Positions 1 to 11,976 of a DNA stretch of 64,000 nucleotides are shown piece by piece. The DNA lies in assembly GCA_964016885.1 (NCBI GenBank), contig OZ024740.1, forward strand, positions 20,398,001-20,462,000, written 5' to 3'. The notes below the pieces were generated by a model, which was given only the letters and a program-made list of their open reading frames with translations, searched no databases and was not told the origin of the DNA. Each line of letters begins with the position of its first letter. Position 1 is the stretch's first letter. The DNA comes from Eledone cirrhosa. Lineage: Eukaryota. The position numbers and the translations under genes are program-made.

Positions 1-74
1 TTTCTTTTGCTTTTTAGTTAGTGGTTTTCATTTTTACATTTTTATTGTTTTGAATATTTTTTTTTATTTCATTC

Positions 75-84
75 AGCATGTTTT

Positions 85-132
<48 letters not shown>
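75..132. repeat. (CT)n(GT)n compound microsatellite
   Basis: Direct reading of dinucleotide runs. Confidence 0.9.
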
Positions 133-133
<1 letters not shown>

Positions 134-658
134 CTATATATGTAGAAGGCATGAATTTTTATCAAATGACTTTTCCTTGAGTAACTTTATAAATATATTT
201 TGTAGAATGATTTTAAATACAGAATCATTTTAAATGTAGAATATTTTTTTTAAAAAGTAACAGATTTTTAGTCCTTTTGGTACCATACCTTTATTTAATG
301 ACAGACACAGCCTATGATTTTCATATAATTTAGGAAAAAAAGAAAAAGAATTTTGAGGGATTTAGTAATAGAACTAACTTTCTCATTACATTTGGAGCAT
401 AACTTAAAGGTTCTTACATAATGTTTTAGATTAATATAATCAATTTAAAACAAACAGTTTTGTATTGTAAAACTAAGAGCGTTTTCAGGTGGTTTAGTAT
501 GAAAAGGAGTTTTAAAATTTCTACTAATTTCACAAATCATAGATGATTATTTGAAACATTAAAACCATAATATTCATTTGCTGGTTGCATCATAATTTCA
601 TTTTCTTGGCAGACCATCAAACTATCACAAATCATGGCTGTTGGCAATATTATATATA

Positions 659-1036
659 TATAGTGAAATAAAATAACAAGGAGGATTGGTTACTCCTTCA
701 TTACATTTATTGGTTGGTGGCGCGCGTTCCGCCACTGATCAGTTCAAGGTTTGATCGGTATCGATCTGATTCATTTTTCCATTACCATTACAAGGGGTCT
801 GACGAGCTGCGGATTACAGAGTCGGGTCAGATTGATACAGATCGAACCTTGAGCTGATCAGTGGCGAAACGCGCATCACCAATCAATAAGCGTAATGAAG
901 GAGTAACCAATTGTCCTTGTTATTTTATTTCACTATATTACACTCTGTCTAGCTCTACACCTCGACACTGAAGTGAACCTAAACATCGAGTGCTCACCCG
1001 GGTGAACCTACAGTAACTCCAAGTTACACTCCCTGG

Positions 1037-1037
<1 letters not shown>
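659..1037 (+). mobile_element. Fold-back PLE-like element A with hammerhead motif, inserted in (TA)n
   Basis: Inverted arms of ~112 bp (661-772 vs 824-935, 14 mismatches), then a unique 3' tail with TCGAGTGCTC (986-995); (TA)n on both sides. Confidence 0.8.
796..880 (+). ncRNA. Type I hammerhead ribozyme motif (minimal PLE type, long stem II insert)
   Basis: GGT-CTGACGA-GCTGC...GTGGC-GAAAC-GCGC-ATC-ACC; comparing the two arms gives an ancestral GAAACGCGCGTC; AATAAA-like signal follows. Confidence 0.65.
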
Positions 1038-1069
<32 letters not shown>

Positions 1070-2018
1070 TAAAATGAAAACCACATTTATTCAAATTCCA
1101 TCTTTAATTTCAACAATTTTTCTATAGATAAATACAGTGCCAGTACATAGAATCAATCAATTAATCTGTCAAATAATTAATAATTTAAATGGCACTCTAT
1201 ATATATATAAATATTTATAAAACAATAACAGAAGGCTGGACTAGAAAATATGCTTTAATTTTAATTCATTGAAATCATTATACATATTTAAATGGCAGAG
1301 CTCCATCATCCAATTATGATGCAAGGCAGGACAATCTCATCAGGTAACTTCAACAGGATATATATATATTCTATAGATTGTATTTACAAAATTATTCTAT
1401 GTAAAGTAGTTCAAATGAAACAATGTTTGATAAAAAGACATTTGATAAAAAGTTACAATACCATATGTATATGTGTGTGTTTACGCTCTCAGCATGTTAT
1501 TGTTACTCTGTGTGTTTCAATGTTTGTCGTGTACCACTGAGTGTGTATGATTAAAATATCATCATTCACACTATATTGCTTCCATGTCTTGATGATTACC
1601 TCTTTTGTTATTTATTATTCCTAATTTTACCCCCCACCTACAAGGCAGTACCCCCTCCCCACTCCTCATGGGACATTTATTTCAATGTATTTTTTTTTCT
1701 TTGTTTTTTATGCCTTTTTTACATATTTGATCTCAGCCTCACCTCCACTGTCTTCTGATTTGTCCTTGTAATGTCCCTTTTGACCATCACTCTTGTGTAG
1801 CAATTAGATTAGATATACAGAATCACTACAAGGTCAGATAAAATACTTTGCTGATTTTGTTCTGACCCTTTGTTTTCTGTTTAAATCTTACTGAAGTCAT
1901 CCTTGCCCCTTTTTTTATCCTTCCAGAGAAGCACCAGTCAAATACTAGATTTAATCAGCTAACCCCACCTTCTCCAAATTTATTTATATATTATTATTAT
2001 TATTATAAGAAAACTAAG

Positions 2019-2200
2019 GGTGGTGGATTGGCAGTGTCGGTAGAGCGTCGGACAAGATGCTTTGCAGCATAGTTACGTCCCTTTACATTCTGAATTCAAT
2101 CCCACCAAGGTTAACTTTTCCTTTTATCCCCACAGGGTTGATTTAATCAACTTTCCCCTTCACCCAAAATGTTTGGCCTTGTGCCTAAATCAGAAATAAT
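2019..2200 (+). mobile_element. tRNA-derived SINE with Meta-like central domain
   Basis: A/B-box-like head GGTGGATTGGCAGTGTCGGTAGAGCG...GAATTCAATCCC and body shared with many copies in the window (7605-8280, 26230-26830, 52295-52500). Confidence 0.7.
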
Positions 2201-2574
2201 TATTACAAGAAAACTACTTATGATTTTGTATCTATATTTGAAAATTATATTACAAGGAAACTGTTTTTAACAACTCTTAAAATCTGTTCTCACCAGTATT
2301 GATATCAATTTTTTTATTTTATTTGTGGTTATTCAAGATTCAATGGGAACTTGTGAGATTTTGAACCCAGTGCTTCAGGTATCACGTGTGTCAATTTCAA
2401 ATTGTTCCCAACAGACCTAATCTTACTTTTGTGTAAAATTCTCAATTTTCAGGGAAATTGCTCTTGAGGGAAATACTGCAGTCCAAGCATAATGCTATGT
2501 TGCTTATAAACAATTCACAGCTTTTTTTTTTTGCCAACAGTCAAAAGAACACACACACACACACACACAGATGG

Positions 2575-2950
2575 TTGTAGACATGGCTGAGTAGTTTAAA
2601 AGTTCACTCCACAGTCATGAGGTCCTGAGTTTTCATTCAATTGCATGACATCATGAACAATTGTCTTTACCATAGACTTAGTTCAACCCAAGTTATGTGA
2701 GAGATATTGGGTTGACAGAGACTGTTTGGAAGCCTGTCAGATATGTTATGTATGTAATTCTAAGATCCAGCCATGTAACATATAGTGTTAATGTGGTTCA
2801 GTTTGGGAATCAGATCAATTGAATGGCAAGTTCCCAGACCTCATTCGTTTACCGAACTAGGTAGAACTTGTCAAATCAGGCCAAGGAAACAATGTTTCCA
2901 TTGGTCTGTCCATTGTTGATAGTATCAACTAGTCACAACTCTTGGCAGTT
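2575..2950 (+). mobile_element. Degenerate tRNA/CORE-type SINE(s)
   Basis: tRNA-like head at ~2580; segment GTCAAATCAGGCCAAGGAAACAATGTTT also present at ~6040. Confidence 0.45.
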
Positions 2951-3014
2951 TGGGAATTATGTTGTGTTAATTGATTGAACAACTGAACGTACTCAATGAA
3001 ATTAACTTTAGATT

Positions 3015-3400
3015 GATAACATGGATGGGTTGTCGTGTTCTGAGACTAAACAAGGTCAGACAACTGTGTCTTGTTCATATGTTTCATTTTGGGATGGTTT
3101 CTACAGCTGGATGCCCTTTCTAATGCCAACCCTCTCATGGCATGTACCAGATTCGATTTCTCATATCACCAGCACTACCACCTTACAGGGTGGACAGGGT
3201 GGTTCTTTCATGGCACCAGTACTACTACTTTACAATGTGGGCTTTGTGCAATGTATTGTGACACCAGCACTATCTCTTTACAGAGTGGGCTGGTTACATT
3301 TTATTGTGGCACCAACACTACCTCTTTACAGAGTGGGCCTGTTACATTTTATTGTGGCACCAGCACTACCTCTTCCACTTCCATACTGCACCATCTACTG
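3015..3400 (-). mobile_element. RTE 3'-tail-derived fragment with internal short tandem duplications
   Basis: TTTCTACAGCTGGATGCCCTTTCTAATGCCAACC matches the RTE tail at 53270-53300; repeated CTTTACAGAGTGGG...GGCACCA units. Confidence 0.65.
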
Positions 3401-3444
3401 CAGGTAACAATTCATGTAAGAAGTAGGAGGGAGGTTACACACTC

Positions 3445-3551
3445 GTGTGTGTATGTATATATATATGTGCGTGTGTGTGTGTGTATATATATATGTGTGT
3501 GTGCATGTATGTGTATATATATATGTGTGTATGTATGTATGTATGTATGTA

Positions 3552-3604
<53 letters not shown>

Positions 3605-3716
3605 ATGTATGTATGTGTATATATGTGTGTGTGTAATACAAACCTGATTGTCACATCACTCCATTGTCCTCTGTGTGTGTATAACTAATTCCATTGTTTA
3701 TATAAATCTCTCTCTT

Positions 3717-3752
<36 letters not shown>

Positions 3753-3950
3753 GATAGATACATACACATGTATGTATGTATATATACATACACACATGTA
3801 TGTATATAATATGTATATAAATATATTATATACACACGTGTGTATACAATATATATATTGCCCTTGTTATATTACATTGTGATTTTTTTCTCTTTTTTTT
3901 CTTTAACTTGTATATATACTTCTATATATAAATATATATATGTATATACA
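3445..3950. repeat. (TG)/(TA)/(CT) compound microsatellites
   Basis: Direct reading. Confidence 0.9.
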
Positions 3951-4184
3951 TGACCAGGCCTTAACAAAAAGATTGGTAGGCATTTTACACACTTTCTTCA
4001 TTTATCTGTATTGTCTGTTTTCAAACACATCAATGTCTCTCTTCAACTAGTCATGCTGTATTGTCTCTGCCAACATTGCTCTACTGGCAGTCACTCATGT
4101 ATTCTTCTGGCTATCATTGTTGTTGTTCTTCATGTTGTATGCCGCTCTCAAAGCTCTCTTCTCTGCTGCCTTAGGCTTCTCTGT

Positions 4185-4430
4185 GTGTACACATTTTGTG
4201 TGTGTGTGTGTGTGTGCATACACGTTTGTGTGTGTGTGTATACACATTTTGTGTGTGTGTGTGCATACACGTTTGTATGTGTGTGTGTGTGTGCGTATAC
4301 ATGTTTGTGTGTGTATGTGTACACGTTTGTGTGTGCATACACGTTTGTGTGGTGTATACACGTTTGTGTATGTGTGTGTGCATACACGTTTGTGTGTGTG
4401 TGTGTTTACACGTTTGTGTGTGTGTATACA

Positions 4431-4463
<33 letters not shown>

Positions 4464-4663
4464 ATACACGTTTGTGTGTGTGTGTATATATACACGTTTG
4501 TGTGTGTGTGTGCATACACGTTTGTGTGTGTGCATACACGTTTGTGCGTGTGTATACACACGTTTGTGTGTGTGTGTATACACGTTTGTGTGTGTGTGTA
4601 TACACACGTTTGTGTGTGTGTGTGTATACACGTTTGTGTGTGTGTGTATACACGTGTGTGTGT
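4185..4663. repeat. Minisatellite of TACACGTTT(GT)n units
   Basis: About 20 copies of ATACACGTTT followed by variable GT runs. Confidence 0.9.
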
Positions 4664-4756
4664 GCTGCTTTAGATATTTCTTGCTGTCATGTTGTTAGTA
4701 GTTGTTGTCAATGACAAAAACTGACATAAATGTTTCTGTTGCTTTTAACTTTCAAT

Positions 4757-4845
4757 GTATGTGTGTTTGTGTGTATATATGTATGTATATATTTATGTGT
4801 ATGTATATATATGTATGTATATATTTATGTGTATGTATATATATA

Positions 4846-4914
<69 letters not shown>
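4757..4914. repeat. (TA)n/(TATG)n microsatellite
   Basis: Direct reading. Confidence 0.9.
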
Positions 4915-4920
<6 letters not shown>

Positions 4921-5242
4921 CTGTAGATTTGTCTTGTTTGTTTTTATCTTTTTATTTAAAAATCTATGGTAGTTATAAATAATTGTGGCTGATTTGAATG
5001 TCCTCCAATGTTAGCGGCTTATCAAAACAGTCTATATAAAGTAAATGCTAGTTTTAGTAGGTATGTTGAATGCTTTGCTCTATTTAGTTTAGTTCTGGCT
5101 CTTTACATTCTGAGTTATACCAACATTGCCTTTCATCCTTCTGGGGCCAATGAAATAAAATGCTAGTCAAATACAAGGGTTGATTGATTTTCCCATTTTC
5201 TCAAATTACTGGCTTTGTGAATAACTTAGAAGCCAATATATG

Positions 5243-5387
5243 TTAACCCTTTAGCATTTAAACCGGCCATATCCGGCCAGAATTCTCTCACCTCTTTCTG
5301 TTCAAACTGGCTGTAACTGGCTGCTCATACATACATTAAGATATTGTTCTCAGTAAATATAGAATAATGTAAATACTAAAGGGTTAA
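5243..5387 (+). mobile_element. piggyBac-like MITE
   Basis: TTAA|CCCTTTAGCATTTA...TAAATACTAAAGGG|TTAA: TIRs starting CCC with TTAA target-site duplication; homologous copies at 14337, 27628, 30298, 31048. Confidence 0.85.
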
Positions 5388-5640
5388 TGGTGATCCTTTA
5401 CATTGAAGTTTCACCAAAAGTCATTATTAATAATATACATATATTCACCAATACAAATTTCGAATTGCTGCTGGGCTGGTATTGGAATTCTATAAGAATT
5501 GCATGATACTTTAAACAAGTGTCTTCTATATAGTCCTAGGTTAACCAATACCTTTCCAGTGAAATTTGGTTGACAGAAACTGCATGAAAACCTGTTGTGT
5601 ATGTGTGCATATATATATGTGTGTATGCATATATATATAT

Positions 5641-5752
5641 ATCATCATCATCATTTTACGTCCGCTTTTCCCTGCTTGCAAGGGTGGGACGGGAACTGAT
5701 TCTGGCTTGATTTCTACAGCTGGATGCCCTTCCTAACACCAACCTCATTTAC
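5641..5752 (-). mobile_element. 5'-truncated RTE-tailed SINE fragment next to (TA)n
   Basis: (ATC)n tail plus TTTTACGTCCGCTTTTCCCTGCTTGCAAGGG, the reverse complement of the 7545-7590 tail. Confidence 0.8.
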
Positions 5753-5959
5753 ATCTTTGTGTGTATCTATGATTTTCTGTATGTCTGTTTTACATTGATA
5801 CCACTTAACTGGTGCTCTTATTTTCTATAACTTAGAGATTTAACAAAAATAAGTACTGGGATTGATATAATCAACTAAACCCTTTGAGGGGTGCCCTAGT
5901 GTGGCCACAGTCCATTGACCAAAACCCTTAGAAAAATAAAAGAATTGAAAAAAAAAACC

Positions 5960-6570
5960 AACCCTCTAAACTGACTCTTGTATATATCGCTCTGATCGAT
6001 AAGATCCTAAACTTCACTTGCCGAGTGGAGTGAACCTCGTCAAATCGGACCAAGGAAACAATGTTTTCATTAGTCTTTCTACCAGTCACAACTGCTGGCA
6101 GAAGGAGCAACATGAAATAAAGTGTCTTGCTCAAGGGCACAACACATCACCTGGTCCAAGAATTGAACTCACAACATCACAATTGTGAATCCAACTATCT
6201 AACCACTCAGCCACATACCTTCACTTGTATATATAGTAGTACTATATATATAGTAGGTGGTGAAGGATGACCTCTATAAGTTAGTGGTCAATTTTACATC
6301 CATTTGCATGGGTTTGGATGGAACCCAAAACTTATCTTGATTTCATGCACTTTAGGTGACTGAGTTTACAAGACTCACTCATGGACAGAACACCAATCAG
6401 TTGCATGGCTAACCCACAACTACTGTTTGTGCTCATTTTCAACTAAATGAACTAGTCATAAGAAATGAAGTGCCTTGCTCAAGGACACAACTAAACATTT
6501 AATCTTAGAATTTAACTGATGAGCTTATAATTGTAAGCCCAACACACTAACCACTAGGCCATGTGCATTC
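5960..6570 (-). mobile_element. Two CORE-type tRNA SINEs (minus strand)
   Basis: AAATAAAGTGTCTTGCTCAAGGGCACAAC and AAGTGCCTTGCTCAAGGACACAAC (CORE-like domain), each followed by reverse tRNA heads (CTAACCACTCAGCCAC; CTAACCACTAGGCCATG). Confidence 0.7.
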
Positions 6571-6879
6571 AACGACAACCTTTATATGGACCCATAGTGC
6601 TGTGTGTGTAGGTGTGTATTTGTTTGTGTGTGTGTGTAAGTGTGAGTTTGTTATTTTGTGAGTGAGCTTTTGGAAATAGATTTAAGAAATTGATTTTCTG
6701 TGTTTGTAAATTTGTTGTCTTGGCTTTCAACAGAGATTGGCTTTCTACTTGTGGTGCAGCCATTTAGCATGTATGGCTTATATTGAGAAATATACTGATT
6801 ATTTTTTTGTATTCTTTCCATTGCTCTTTTTCTCACTCTACTACTTCCCCCTCTCTCTCTTTTTATATATATATATATG

Positions 6880-7010
6880 TAAAAGGTAAACAGAAATAAC
6901 AACACAATCGGTACAGTATATGGAAGGTATATATTAGGTTAATGCTTGATATAGCAGGAAGAGGGTCTTAACATTTAGGACACTAGTTCTTTATCAGTAG
7001 AAAGAATGAG
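6880..7010 (-). mobile_element. Degenerate PLE-like pLTR remnant with decayed hammerhead
   Basis: Minus strand reads CTGATAAAGAACTAGTGTCCTAAATGTTAAGA, interpretable as a decayed CTGATGA-AGGAC..GTCC-GAAACGTTA; adjoins (TA)n. Confidence 0.4.
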
Positions 7011-7042
7011 AAATAAGATGGATTGAGAGGACGGGTGGGTTG

Positions 7043-7098
<56 letters not shown>

Positions 7099-7100
<2 letters not shown>

Positions 7101-7263
7101 CGTATTTCCCACCGCTGAAGACACTTTTTTCTCGAGGGCACACCCTAATTATAACAACCAAAAATTTGCAAAAAATATAATAAACAACCTTCAGCCTCCA
7201 GGACGCATGGTAGATTTTTTAGACTTATTTTAGAAAAATAGTAGCATCTTTGACACCAGGAAA

Positions 7264-7268
<5 letters not shown>
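7099..7268. mobile_element. Tc1/mariner (pogo/Tigger-like) MITE in (TA)n
   Basis: Ends CCGTATTTCCC...GGGAAATACTA with TA flanks. Confidence 0.55.
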
Positions 7269-7313
<45 letters not shown>

Positions 7314-7317
7314 TTAT

Positions 7318-7593
7318 ATGTGATGTGTTGTTTCCTTGAGCAAGACACTTTATTTCACATTTTCACATTGCTCCAGTTTACTCAGCTATAGAAATGAGAT
7401 GATAGGGACTGGGGTCCCTATCATTCCACTGCAAAGTGGTCGTGGAGGTGCCACGGCAAAAAAGCACCCAGCACTCACTGTAAATGAGGTTGGTGTTAGG
7501 AAGGGCATCCAGCTGTAGAAATCAAGCCAGAATCAGTTCCCGTCCCACCCTTGCAAGCAGGGAAAAGTGGACGTAAAATGATGATGATGATGA
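7318..7593 (+). mobile_element. 5'-truncated CORE-SINE with RTE 3' tail
   Basis: CORE-like CTTGAGCAAGACACTTT body then tail highly similar to the RTE LINE 3' UTR, ending (ATG)n; same family as 41178-41502. Confidence 0.85.
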
Positions 7594-7604
7594 TATAAAA
7601 ACAA

Positions 7605-8280
7605 TGGTGGATTAGCAAAATTGGTAGAGTCTCAGATACTTTGCAGTATTTATTCCAGCTCTTTACGTCCTGAGTTCAAATCCTGCCACGGTCTACTTTG
7701 CCTTTATTCCTTTCAGGGTCGATTAAATAAAGTACCAGTCATGCACTGGGGTTGATATTATGACCTTGCTTCTCCATACAAATGGTTGGCCCTCTGTCTA
7801 AATTAGAAATCATTATTATTACAAATCCCGCCGAGGTTAACTTTGCCTTTCATCCTTACGGGGTCGATAAAATAAAGTACCAGTAATGCACTGGGATAAT
7901 TGGTGGCCTTGTGCCAAAAGTAGAAACAATTATTATTATTAATATTATTATGGTTGATAAAATAAAGCCCCAGTAATGCACTGGGGTCGATTTAATCGAC
8001 CCCCCCCCCCCTTCAAATTGCTGACTTTGTACCTAAAGTAGAAACAATTATTATTATTATTATTATGAAGGTGGAGAATTGACAGTATCAGTCGAGCATT
8101 AGCCATGCTTTGTGACATAGAGTTACAACTCTTTACATTCTGAGTTCAAATCCCACCGAGGTTAGCTTTGCCTTTCATCCTTATGGGGGTTGATGAAATA
8201 AAGTACCAGTGATGCACTGGAGTCAATTTAATCGACTTTCCCCTCCCCCAAAATTGCTGGCCTTGTGCCGATAGTAGAAA
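7605..8280 (+). mobile_element. Cluster of 3-4 Meta-domain tRNA SINE copies/fragments
   Basis: Repeated TTTGCCTTTCATCC...GGGTCGATAAAATAAAGTACCAGT...GCACTGGG...GGCCTTGTGCC, each ending in (ATT)n. Confidence 0.8.
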
Positions 8281-8413
8281 TCCTTATTAAGTTTGTAGAG
8301 TTTTAGAATTAGTAAAGTATAAAAAAATCCTGCCTTGCAGTATATAGTTATATCTTTATATGCCGGGTTCAATACTTTCTGAAGTTAACTATACATTTTA
8401 ATCCTTCTGGGTT

Positions 8414-8542
8414 CTTCTCCTACTTATTTCGGGGGCAGAGTCCTCAAAAAACACCTTCCAGCGGGTCCTGTCAGAAGCAACCGTCTCTAACTGATCCCCA
8501 AGCGAGACTAGCTAAGCTCATGGATGTTATCCATCTTGGCTT
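8414..8542 (-). mobile_element. Short 5'-truncated non-LTR retroelement 3' end inserted in a SINE
   Basis: 12-bp direct repeat TCCTTCTGGGTT at 8402-8413 and 8543-8554; minus strand encodes an RTE-like terminal motif ASDRTRWKVF. Confidence 0.6.
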
Positions 8543-9066
8543 TCCTTCTGGGTTGATAACATACTATTATATAATCAATTTGTGCCTATGATAGAAATCA
8601 TTGGTAAAAAGTATTACATTGAGATAATGTAAAGAAAATGTTTTAGAAACAATCTTTTTTCATTGTTTTATAAACCAAGTCCCATGAGATATTTGTTCTG
8701 TATTGGATTACAAAACTCTCTCGTTACTTTTTAATGTAATAAATACAGTGAACTGGTTATATACCTGTTAGGAACTTGTAAACACTGTTATTATAGAGCA
8801 GCTGTGATATAAAATAAATACACAACAAAAAAATTTTTAAGGCTATTTCTCCCCCAACAAAGCAGAAATTAACTTTGTAGGCCTCGTGATAAGTTTCATA
8901 CTCATCACGGGATCGTTCTTTGAGGCAACATTTTACAGCCAAATGCCCTTCCTGGCACTCACCCTTTTAACCACCGTGTATGACATGCAGAGATATGGTG
9001 TACCTATTCTAAACCAGGGGGCTGTTAAATAAATATAGCATAATATAATAATATCTATATAGGAAA

Positions 9067-9125
<59 letters not shown>

Positions 9126-9155
9126 CTCTCTCTCTCTCTTTCTCGCTCTCTCTCT
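9067..9155. repeat. (CT)n microsatellite
   Basis: Direct reading. Confidence 0.9.
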
Positions 9156-9257
9156 ATGTGTGGGTTGTGTATTTCTGTAGAAAAGGTAAAGGAAAGAAGA
9201 GTGCTCTATGTATTGTACAGAGCTATTTAATTACATAATAAATAACTCAATATAATT

Positions 9258-9329
9258 ATTCTATTACCAAAGGTTTCAAGAAACTAGACAATTCTTACAG
9301 AAATGTCCAGCCCGTTCATCAGATATAAT
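9258..9329 (-). ncRNA. Hammerhead ribozyme motif of PLE-like element G (~9170-9342, minus strand)
   Basis: Minus strand: ATTATAT-CTGATGA-ACGGGCTGGACA...TGTCTAGTTTCTT-GAAACC-TTT-GGTA^ATAGAAT; stems I, II and III all pair; tail motif at 9199-9206. Confidence 0.75.
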
Positions 9330-9350
9330 AATCATGTTTGGGATATATAT

Positions 9351-9550
9351 ATAGGAAAAAGTATGACCCCGACGGCAGAGCTCAAGCCGTTTCGACGGCT
9401 ATTTCTGGACGTCCAGAAATAGCCGTCGAAACGGCTTGAGCTCTGCCGTCGGGGTCATAATTTTTCCTATTTCCCACTCTACTACCCTAAGTATTGAGTA
9501 CTCTGGTGCATTATCGTCCATCTGGTTCCTTACCACACTTCCTTTGTTAT
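9351..9550 (+). mobile_element. Fold-back PLE-like element B (120-bp loopless palindrome plus tail)
   Basis: 9351-9410 is the reverse complement of 9411-9470 with 1 mismatch; contains the hammerhead 3' half GAAACGGC-loop-GCCGTC; tail GTATTGAGTACTC; (TA)n flanks. Confidence 0.85.
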
Positions 9551-9876
9551 AAATATATATATATATATATCTGTTAGATATATATAGAGCTATGTGCTAC
9601 ATTACGCTAAACAAAATGTAATAATTTAACAGAAAATGTCTAAAAATAGGTTTGTTTATTGTACTTTTATTAGTTGACTGATCATTGTGAAAAATTGTAG
9701 GTAACTAAAATAAATATTTTGATATTTAATGTGATACAGTTTAATGATGTTTTGCTAATACAGTTTGATGTGGTACAGGATGTTAAGATTTATCTCATCT
9801 TTGTTGTTTAAAACTACACTCACTGTACTCTGTTGTAGATGAATGTTAATATTATTTTGCCTGATTCTGTTTACAG

Positions 9877-9998
9877 TATTGTCAGCCAATGCGCTGAAAT
9901 TACTCGAAGACTTAAAAGACAGTGATCCAAACTTCACAATCCGAAGGCACCATGATCAGGCTAGAGGAGAAATTCAACAAGTTGAAAGTTTACGGAAT
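9877..9998 (+). CDS. LRCH: LRCH-family protein, internal exon (coiled coil before CH domain)
   Basis: ttacag|...|gtaagt; translates LSANALKLLEDLKDSDPNFTIRRHHDQARGEIQQVESLRN, matching the LRCH DPxFTIRR...EQLR motif; ends in phase 0 matching the next exon. Confidence 0.9.
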
Positions 9999-10003
9999 GT
10001 AAG

Positions 10004-10292
10004 TTGATAAACTAATTGTCAAACAGCGCCTCCCTCTTGATAAACTGTCAAACAGCCCCCCCTTGATAAACTATCAAATAGCCCCTCCCCCTTTATAAAC
10101 TGTCAAATGGCCCCTCCCCCTTGATAAACTGTCAAATACCCCCTCCCCCTTGATAAACTGTCAAATAGCCCCTCCTCCTTGATAAACTGTCAAATAGCCC
10201 CTCCTTCTTGATAAACTGACAAATAGCCCCTCCCCCCTGATAAACTGTCAAATAACCCCTCTCCCTTGATAAACTGTCAAATAGCACCCCCC
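10004..10292. repeat. ~29-bp minisatellite (TTGATAAACTGTCAAATAGCCCCTCCCC) abutting the exon donor
   Basis: About 10 tandem copies. Confidence 0.9.
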
Positions 10293-10482
10293 CATGATTT
10301 AATTCTATAATATATTCCATTATCTTGTCTTGCAAACATATCAACAAAGTCTCTTAATTTCCATTTGAAAATACCTTTGTGTTTAAGGATATTTGTTTGT
10401 TGACTATGAACTTCATCTTTAAAGTGTGTATTTACAATACATACACTCGCATGCAAGCTCAGACACATGGACACACACACAT

Positions 10483-11320
10483 ATCATCATTTGATGTCTA
10501 TCTTTCCATGCTTGCATGAGTTAGACAGGTTGTCACATTATGAGACAAGTCAGTCCATGGGTTTGACAGGTTGTCATGTTATGAGACAAGACAGTGTATG
10601 GGTTTGACAGGCTGTCATGTTATGAGACAAGACTGTATGGGTTAGACAGGTTGTCACGTTCTGAGACAAGTCAGTCCATGAGTTAGACAGGTTGTCACAT
10701 TATGAGACAAGTCAGTCCATGGGTTAGACAGGTTGTTATGTTATGAGACAAGTCAGTCCATGGGTTTGACAAGTTGTCATGTTATGAGACAAGACTGTAT
10801 GGGTTAGACAGGTTGTCACGTTCTGAGACAAGTCAGTCCATGGGTTAGACAGGTTGTTATGTTATGAGACAAGTCAGTCCATGGGTTTGACAAGTTGTCA
10901 TGTTGAGAGACAAGACAGTGTATGGGTTTGACAGGCTGTCATGTTATGAGACAAGACTGTATGGGTTAGACAGGTTGTCACGTTCTGAGACAAGTCAGTC
11001 CATGAGTTAGACAGGTTGTCACATTATGAGACAAGTCAGTCTATGGGTTAGACAGGTTGTTATGTTATGAGACCAGTCAGTCCATGGGTTAGACAGGTTG
11101 TCACATTGAGACAAGTTAGTCCAGAAGATCACGTTGTGCTCATGTGGATCTGTATTTTAGCTTGGTCCTAATGCCAACCATGTTAGCATGGGGAGTGGGT
11201 GCTTCTTATTGTGGCTTCGAAACGACTACCTTACTGGATGCTTTTTGTTGTCACCAACACGACCACTTCACATGGTGGATTGGGTACTTTTTGTCATGTC
11301 ACCAGCATAACTACCTTATG
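10483..11320 (-). repeat. RTE-tail fragment with internal 39/41-bp satellite (10516-11122)
   Basis: (ATC)n tail then about 15 copies of ATGGGTTAGACAGGTTGTCACATTATGAGACAAGTCAGTCC, then the RTE-tail sequence resumes. Confidence 0.8.
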
Positions 11321-11434
11321 TTATCTTATATTTCAATCAGTTTTACTTCTAATCATCATCATCTGGATATGTTTGTGTTCTTAGACTTAATCAAATGTCT
11401 AAATAACTGAGATTTTTTAATGTAATTAATATTA

Positions 11435-11976
11435 TGAGAGTATAATAGCTAGAATAGGATGGAAGAAGTTTAGAGAACTGCTCCCACTGCTGACAACAAA
11501 AGGTTTTTCCTTACATACAAAAGGGAGGCTGTATGATGCATGTGTGCAGTGCACGATACGGCAGGGTAGTGAAACATGGGTTGTGACTGCAGAGGACATG
11601 TGTAGACTGGAGAGAAATAAAGCAACCATGTTTCATTGAATGTGCAATGTAAATGTGAGAGAAAGGCAGAGCCTGGACGAGCAGAGCTTGAGGGGAATTC
11701 GGGATGATGTACATGAGAGAAGACTGCATTGGTACAGACATGTGATGTACATGGACAATGACTAATGAGTGAAGAAATGTCGGGAAATCTCAGTGGAAGG
11801 AAGCCACAATAGAAGACAATCAAAAAAGACTTGGGCAGAGGTTGTGAAAGCAGACCTCAAATCACTAAGACTGGAAGAAGAGATGACGAAGTAACATGAC
11901 AAGTGGAGAGCTGCTGTGCTGAGAAGGATCTGTCCAACCCATGCAAGTATGGAAAATCGGATGTAAAAGTGATGAT
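11435..11976 (+). pseudogene. Degenerate RTE LINE 3' fragment
   Basis: Translates RIGWKKFRELLPLLTTKGFSLHTKGRLYDACV, homologous to the intact RTE ORF; frameshifted; ends GATGAT. Confidence 0.85.

Noticed and set aside
661-935. Arm mismatches in element A favour G-U pairs on the + strand (9 vs 3)
   Set aside because: Small numbers, and element F shows the opposite bias (1 vs 5); no evidence of selection on RNA structure.
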